From Phallusia mammillata (Eukaryota): 64,000 nucleotides of DNA. Made by a program: the position numbers and the translations under genes. Positions 57,201 through 64,000 of the stretch are shown here, piece by piece. The DNA lies in contig OZ281500.1 in assembly GCA_965637545.1 (NCBI GenBank), forward strand, positions 4,340,001 to 4,404,000. The letters are read 5' to 3'. The notes under the pieces were generated by a model, which saw only the letters and a program-made list of their open reading frames with translations, had not been told where the DNA came from and did no database searches. Numbering within the stretch: the first letter of the stretch is position 1; every line of letters starts with the position of its first letter.

Positions 57201-59093
57201 GAATATAAAATCAAAAACAAGAAAATTGTGTGCGAAAAAGGGAAAAATCGCTTGTCCGAGTTTTAGGTAAGTTTACTATCCAAACCATTACAGAAGTTTT
57301 GAAGTCACTTTTAATCACCTCATAGGTGCTGGTGATGTGTTGTCTGTAATACAGAGGAATGTAGATTTCCGCTGACACAATGGCAACGATAATGTAACTG
57401 AGCATATACCAAGTGAACATCGTCCCGTAAATGTAAAACTCTGACGGGGTACCTATAACTGGAAAAACAAAAACAATCCGTTTAAATGATACTCGACGAC
57501 GAAAGAACACAGAATAAGGAAGAGCCGCAGGTGCTTGATCCATTGTTTTTTAATCTTACATATATGATGTAAAAATAAAATGGGAGCGCCAAGTTGTTAG
57601 CGGGCCTTAACCTTGGACCCTAACCTGAAAGTACGTACAAAGCTCCCTTTTTAAACCCCCAATTAGGCGCCAAGGACTTGTTTACCAAATGAATCAACTT
57701 GGCCGACATGTCTACGCAAAGGTATAATAAATGTTCGGCTGTACGCAACAAACTATTGTACACCCAGTTCGCATACAAATTCGTAAAAGAAAGTTAACTT
57801 ACGACGCAAATGTGCAAAAGTTGAAATTTGCAGGCCTGCATTTTTAAACCTGACCCTGACTAGTCTACAACTATATGGGAGCGGCCAATTTTCTCGCTTT
57901 TGGCTGTTCAAGAATTTATTGGGTTGACGAAAACCGCTCAATGCGGAAGGAAAAGTGTTTGGTGACTCATGCGTGGTAATGAAAACCATTTAAGTTTTTA
58001 CTTATTTTTGCTATGTGGACAAATAATATTTTAAATATTGACCGAAGCACTTTCAAAACAACCATTATTCGGGTACTATAGCTTGGTTTGGTCTATACAT
58101 ATTTAATGTATCCCTCTTCCCCAATACAAATTAGTGGAAATTTGTGACGGTTTGTGGCACTTTACGGTCCCATGTATAACTGTTTTTGAAGTTCATTTTC
58201 GCAACATGTACAGGAATTTGCGAAACATATAAAAACTCCGGTTTTATCAGGGGTTACGCACTGTATGATTAGTAACGAATTGTGAGGTCGCGGATTAAAT
58301 GAATCACTCACTCAAACTCCTTTCCTATAAACTGTAATTGCGCCGACTTATGGTAAGTTCACCATGGGAAAACAATCAGTGCATTGTTTGCTTTGTGGTG
58401 AATAGCACGAAAACGTTTGCATAACAAGTCATGACAAATGTTTGCATGTTGCTTAAGTGCAAACAAAATCAAATTGTCGGCGTTAGATGATTCATACAAA
58501 TGAGATTTTCGTTGTCAAACAGCAAAAGGAGTTCATCGACTTGAATATTTAACAACTGCAGTCTTTACTCCTTTTTATCAGCGTGTACAGCGTTTTGAAT
58601 CTAAGTTTATATGTAACTTATGTCGTGTGTATCAAGGGTAAAAATATAAGCTTACCACTTAAGTGAACAAAAATGTTTTAGATTGGAACGCTGTTAATGA
58701 CAGAAAAGGGGCAAAATGTATGTCCCACGTCTAAGCATCGATCAAAACTCATACAACACATGCAAATATGCAAATATAATAACACTCCCAACCACCAATT
58801 TTTCCATAAGCACCTCACCATTTTCTTAATTGTTGGGAAAAGGATAGTATGACACCCCAGTTGCCTATGTATATCTTCTATTTACTTGTTATTGCAGACA
58901 GGAATCCCGCCGTGAGAGAAAATCCCACCGGAACTGCATGCATTTGTCGTCCTCCCATCAAGTAGTCATCGCTGTTGTTTGTTTTCTTTCTCGAAATCAG
59001 AGCGAAGAAAATTCCTATACAAGCCGAGACAAGAAACAAACCACCGAAAACTACGTAATCCCAAACACCGAAGGAACGAGTGATTTCTTCCAT
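51265..59093 (-). CDS. SLC5A8: Sodium-coupled monocarboxylate transporter-like (SLC5A8/12 subgroup of the SSS family), 11 exons, 630 aa
   Basis: Exons 58886-59093, 57319-57458, 56564-56681, 56156-56378, 55511-55651, 54755-54973, 54295-54397, 53977-54138, 52474-52636, 52052-52183, 51265-51548 (1893 nt, phases consistent). Motifs [87 protein letters not shown]. The symbol is a family-level assignment; SLC5A5, SLC5A6 and SLC5A12 are not excluded. Confidence 0.9.
52679..52904. mobile_element. Tc1/mariner-pogo-type MITE, 226 bp
   Basis: TIRs CCGTATTTACTCGATCGTAAGCCGC / GCGGCTTACAATCAAGTAAATGCGG (22 of 25); TA on the left flank; a third internal TIR-like copy near 52755; a related fragment near 53707-53732. 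Confidence 0.7.
53016..53651. mobile_element. hAT-type MITE, 636 bp
   Basis: TIRs CAGGTGTGGCCAAC / GTTGGCCACCCCTG; perfect 8-bp TSD CTGTAGGG (53008-53015 and 53652-53659); subterminal GATCG repeats. Confidence 0.9.
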
Positions 59094-61893
59094 TTTTTAA
59101 TATTTTAATGAAATAATTAAGACTTAACTTTTGCAAACCACTGTAATACAAAGTATTTTTATAGTAATTTTCACTGCGGTTTCTATACGTTCCTTTCATT
59201 TCAAACACTATGACAATTATAGAAGTCAAGCCTTAATTTGTTATCATGGTAAAGAAAGATATTTTTTTAATTGCGGTACATTAACAAATATTTGCGGGTC
59301 ACTATTAAAAATTAGCAAAAAAATAATTGCATGAGACAGATTTTGGGAAGATAGGCTCGGCATAAACACCCAATTTTAATCCACGATTACCATGAAATGA
59401 GAGCATAGCAACTCTACAACTATGCATATTACGGGGCAAAAATTTAGACATATAGTTAAAACTACTGTTTTACATAGATTATGAACATGTAAGTATGTTT
59501 GTATTACCGCACGGGTGACTTTGCTTGGTCAATCACTGGTTTAAAAGAATCAAGGCGAGCTTAGTCTCGTCGCTACTGGTTTTACCTTCTATTAACTTAA
59601 GTCTATTTGCAGACGCGTATTTCACTTAATTTATAATTTTGGTCTAAACGACGGTTTCAAATTTGTTTTGTCCCATTAACGTCGCACGGTATCGATCATA
59701 AAAATCTCGTTGGTGAGAAAAAAATAAGCACCAAGTCTGGCATTCGCTTTCTCGCAGCCGTATGTTCCACGTTTTAAACTTTACGATTATGGTCACCGGC
59801 AGCTACTGACGTCAATATGTGACGCATTCTCTGGGGTCAAAGTTTGCGTAGTAAAAAATTAACGTTTGCTGAGGTCTGTTGTTGTGGAGTGTATCAGTTT
59901 TAGGCAACGCAATTCTGCTGTACATAATTTCAGCCTAAATTTACACAATTACTTGATATCGTAATTTATCCTTAAATGTATGAGTCTAAATTTGCCTACC
60001 CTTGCAGAATTGTCTGCCGACGCCTATGAATTTAGGTTATCTGTATAAAACAAGCTTCATCATTTAATTTTACTTATGGGCAGAAATTCTACACCTAACT
60101 AATATTCATGATAAAATTAAAGTTCGTCACTAAACTGACAACGAAACGTTTCCAATACGTGCCTTACTGAACAGTCGTTTAACGCAATAAAATTAGATCT
60201 CTTTGAATGTAACAAAAATGTTGGTTACCGCATTTTTCTCATATTCGTCCACATTAACAAGTTCTTTCACTTGAATATGTCCTGTACTATCAGCAAAACT
60301 TACCAACATTGCACATCAGCTTTGTGGTATAAACCAATGCGCTAATATACTTTGCACCATACCCTACCACTATTTGATCTTCGTGTGCAAACCTGAAGCG
60401 AGGTTTGTGGACTTACAGACTAACGCAATTATGTCAACACCGTCCCTGCATAGGAAAACAGCATCTTTGGTTGCTGTTCTGATCCAAATTGTCTTTTACG
60501 ACTCGTCAGCAAATGCTGGTGTGCTATTGGCAGTTTGTTAACAGCTATTTTGGTAAACTGTTTAAAAACAAATAGTAAAAAACGTTTTGTAGCGTTTTAA
60601 ACTGATCTCTGCAAAACCGTGTACCAAATTGTTTTCGACATACGTAAAGTTAAAGCACATGAAAAATACAACACTTCTTCGAGTTGGTCTTTAGTTAAGA
60701 AGTTAAGTCATGTTTTAAACACATTTGACTGCGCTGAGGTCACTCACAGACAAGCTAAATGTTGGTAAATTGCGAAAATTTTATTAGGTAGACCAAATTG
60801 CTTTCTAATTTTAATTGACTTGTAGTTTTTGGCATTTAGTAGCCACTGAAAGGCTTAAGCCTACTATCTAAGTAATCTCAATTTATCTCGTCACTCAAGT
60901 ATGAAATCCAGTGCTCTTTCGGACAAAAAGTGAACAGCTGCTGAACTTGTGTAGCCTCAAACATGCCTATAATTCATTTTTTGGGCTAACCACAAAATCT
61001 CACATCAACAGCTATTGGTTAACAGACAGCACTACGTTGAACCGTTTGCCCGATTTATGTTTTCGGTGGAAAAAAAATCAATAAGGCGTGATATAATGGG
61101 ATAGCATACGGTCAGCGCAGCAAGTTTACACACATGTAGGTAGAACGTGTTACTACTACGAGCGTCTTCAGCAATGTATGTGTCTTTAGACATGTAAACA
61201 GGGCGTTAGGTAAACATTACCTGTATGCTTGGGTAGGACAATTTTGTCGTAACGTTTCATGCTGTAAGCTATTGGTTGCAACGCATACGATTGGAATATA
61301 TTATGATCTCTTTTAAAAGTTTTAATTTTCGGAAAATAGGTAGTGAATTCATCGTTATTGTATAGATAGGACTGACAAAAGTTATCTTTGGATTCGTTGA
61401 TTCGTTTTTCGCCCGACTATTTCCTATAAATTGGATCATAATTTGACCTCCAACGAAAATATAAAGAAACGAAATCAAGACCTTCGTTGATGGAATCCGA
61501 AGTCGTTGAAAAACGCTCGGTTTGAAAAAAGAACTTTAATCACTTTTTCACTTGTTTTATTTATCATCATCGCTGCTGGTCAAGAATCAAATCTATTTTT
61601 CAGATCGTCGATGGAGGCTCCAAATCGTGCAAACCATCGACGTAGCTCATACTTTTAGTTTAAATCAGTGAGGGCATATTGAATAGTAAAGCCCTGAAGG
61701 TTTAGTTTAGTAAAAAAAGTTCCGAATTCATTTTCAATAATTATTAGATTTGATTTTCTGTATATTATTTAAATTACTTCAACTTTGTTAAGCTGCTTCT
61801 ATAACTCTTTTCTTTCATTTAAGGAGAAACAAATTTTTTAAGTGAATACTGTTGAATATAAGTTATAGCTTGTTATATAATTAGTATTAGAAT

Positions 61894-62360
61894 CAGGAAG
61901 TCGAACCGCTTGTCATATGGGTTCAGGTTCGGTTCGGGTTCACTTTGTTTTGTTTTTAAGGGTTCGGGTTCGGTTCAAGTTTTTAAAAATGTATGTTTTC
62001 GGGTTCGGGTTTTGTTCCGGTTCAAGCAAATTATCCGGTCCAAACCGGTTTGCGGTTTTTAAACGGGTTCAAATTTCCATTAGTTAAATTTTAATTCGAC
62101 CCAAATTTTGACCGTGTAATGTTATTTTTGATACGCGACATAACTTTTATCTCGCGTTTTCTTTAGTGCGCTGTTTTGAAAAAAATCGCAAAATATAATA
62201 CAGGCTGCATTTTTAATGGTTTAGGTCCAACGTCAAACAAACTATGTGGTTCAACTCCGGTTCGGGTTTTTAGAACATCGTAATTAGCCGTTCGGGTTAA
62301 ATGAAATAAACCGCTCAAACCGGGTCGCGGGTTCGGGTTCAGTTCCGGTTCGACTCCCTG
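61894..62360. mobile_element. hAT-type MITE, 467 bp, with GGTTC/CGGTT subterminal repeats
   Basis: TIRs CAGGAAGTCGAACCG / CGGTTCGACTCCCTG (14 of 15); TSD ATTAGAAT / ATTGGAAT (7 of 8). Confidence 0.85.
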
Positions 62361-62788
62361 ATTGGAATGTACATCACATAGGGGAGGTGCGGATTTTATC
62401 TACAGTTAGTTTTAGTTTATCTGTAAATGAAATAAGGTTGAGTCATGTGGTTAAAAGCACACAACACTTATAACGCAACAGGCAAAATTCGTATCATTTT
62501 ACCGATAAGTGCAAAAATAAAGTTACAGCCCATCAGGGGATAATCAAGGAAAAATTTTTTATCTACGAAATAAGGCGAAGTGCATGAAATACCGCCGTTA
62601 GGAAGCAGAGGAGGTGGCAAAGCAACAACACACTCGACTATTAAACAACCGACAGTTGGGGAAACCACAAACAAAAAATTATGTTAAATCCTTGTACGAC
62701 AGAATTTGTTTGAAGCACATAACGAATGTCTTGACCCGTAAATAATAAAAACCACATATTTTACCAAACCAAGCTTCATGAACATGAG

Positions 62789-64000
62789 CCCACAAACACA
62801 AAGTTTCGCGCTGGCAGGCGGTCTTCGACGTCCAGCCGATGTTCAGCGCTTAACCCAAGGCCACACATCTAAGAACTCCCTTGTTCGTTGGCTGTTATTC
62901 GGTGCCAAGTCCTCTGGGCCGATGACACTGAAAACAAACGTACCAGGGCCCGTTAGACTATCGTGTGGGGACCATATCAAGTAGTGGCGACGGTTTTGCG
63001 TTGGGTGTACAAGGGCGCGTGCCCGCGCAGTTGCTACAATGTTTCGTCGCTATATTTCCTCTTAATGTCACGTCGCTGCATGTCTTGTTTGCATATATTT
63101 TCTGACGGAATAAAACGTTTTATGTACGACCAATTGCAGTAGGTTCTGAAAAACCACAAACAGAAGTTGTGCAAAAGGATTCAAAAGTCTTGCTGCTTAG
63201 GGCGGGCTCGACGCGTCACTGCTGATCTGGTGCTTTGCACATTGCTTAGCGGTGACGTAGAGCTTTCGATGCGCAAGTACCATCGCCTCCTGATAGGCTA
63301 AGGACCAGCTCCGTTCCTCTTGGACTAGGGAGGGCGCAGTGCTGGGGCTTTTCGCTCCTGACGTCACCTGTGACGGAGCTGGGGACGAGCCGACGTCCGA
63401 GTTGCCGAAACAACCAGAACGAGCTTCACTCAAGCCCTTAAATGTGGGATATTTCAATAGATGTCCGTATTTTCTGTTTGTGGTTTCCTTTCCTGTTAAC
63501 TCATTTTCATGCAATCAGGTGGTCGCAACGTTGACACGGTTCAGTAGTTCTTAGTCACGTGAGTTACTGCTTCGGCGCGGAAATCCCCCAAGTCGAAGCG
63601 CGCACTGTGTCAGCAGGTCGCTCGCCAAAAGACTACTGGACGGAACTGAGTCGCTCGAATCGACCCGCTCCGTTACTTGCCCTGCTTGTCACGACCCGTT
63701 TTCGCAGCAGGCCGCGTGCCAGGCACCAGGGAGTCGAAGTCGTTGCCACACTAAACTCCATTTTCAAGTTATGTGGTGCACCCACAAACACAAAGTTTCG
63801 TGCTAGCAGACGGTCATCGACGTTTGGCCGATGTTTCCACCGGTGTTCTTCCGCTGAACCTGAGCCGAGACACCGAGCAACTTACTGTTTGTTGGGTGCG
63901 ACTTGTGCCGTATAAATCGTCTTGACCGATGCCACCGGAAAACGAACAGCCCAATGCCCGCTAGACGGTCGTGTGGAGACGATGTCTAGTTGTGGTGAGG
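62789..64000 (+). repeat. Two diverged GC-rich direct repeats about 1 kb apart (second runs off the window end)
   Basis: Exact 20-mer CCCACAAACACAAAGTTTCG at 62789 and 63781, followed by collinear blocks (CCGATG...AC...GAAAAC, GCCCG.TAGAC..TCGTGTGG.GAC). Confidence 0.65.

Noticed and set aside
60459-60518. Minus-strand CTGACGA-GTC(gtaaaa)GAC with a plausible stem I
   Set aside because: GAAA and the UH site are both absent (AATT follows stem II); could be chance or a very old relic.

Overview
AT-rich, intron-dense eukaryotic DNA from an invertebrate animal. An ascidian or other invertebrate chordate is my guess from the short introns and vertebrate-like proteins, but the sequence does not prove it. 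I found no rRNA, tRNA gene or CRISPR array. Three complete spliced genes can be reconstructed by hand with consistent GT-AG phases: STK33 (minus strand, 11 coding exons, 646-5804), a sialin/SLC17A5-like transporter (plus strand, 11 exons, 23540-33233) and an SLC5A8-like Na+/monocarboxylate transporter (minus strand, 11 exons, 51265-59093). The sialin locus has a head-to-tail tandem duplication of about 13.5 kb with its junction near 35859-35877. The second copy (38691-48721) is a pseudogene carrying many insertions absent from the first copy: a BEL/Pao remnant, hAT and other MITEs, a LINE-type tail, and an intact 216-codon orphan ORF. The most unusual signal is hammerhead ribozyme (HHR) motifs. 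A ~170-bp foldback element with type I HHRs in both polarities lies in the last STK33 intron (1224-1394). A second family member lies only in the duplicated sialin copy (42373-42507). An unrelated Penelope-type minimal HHR lies at 50906-50951. All coordinates and counts are hand-derived; no database searches were run.
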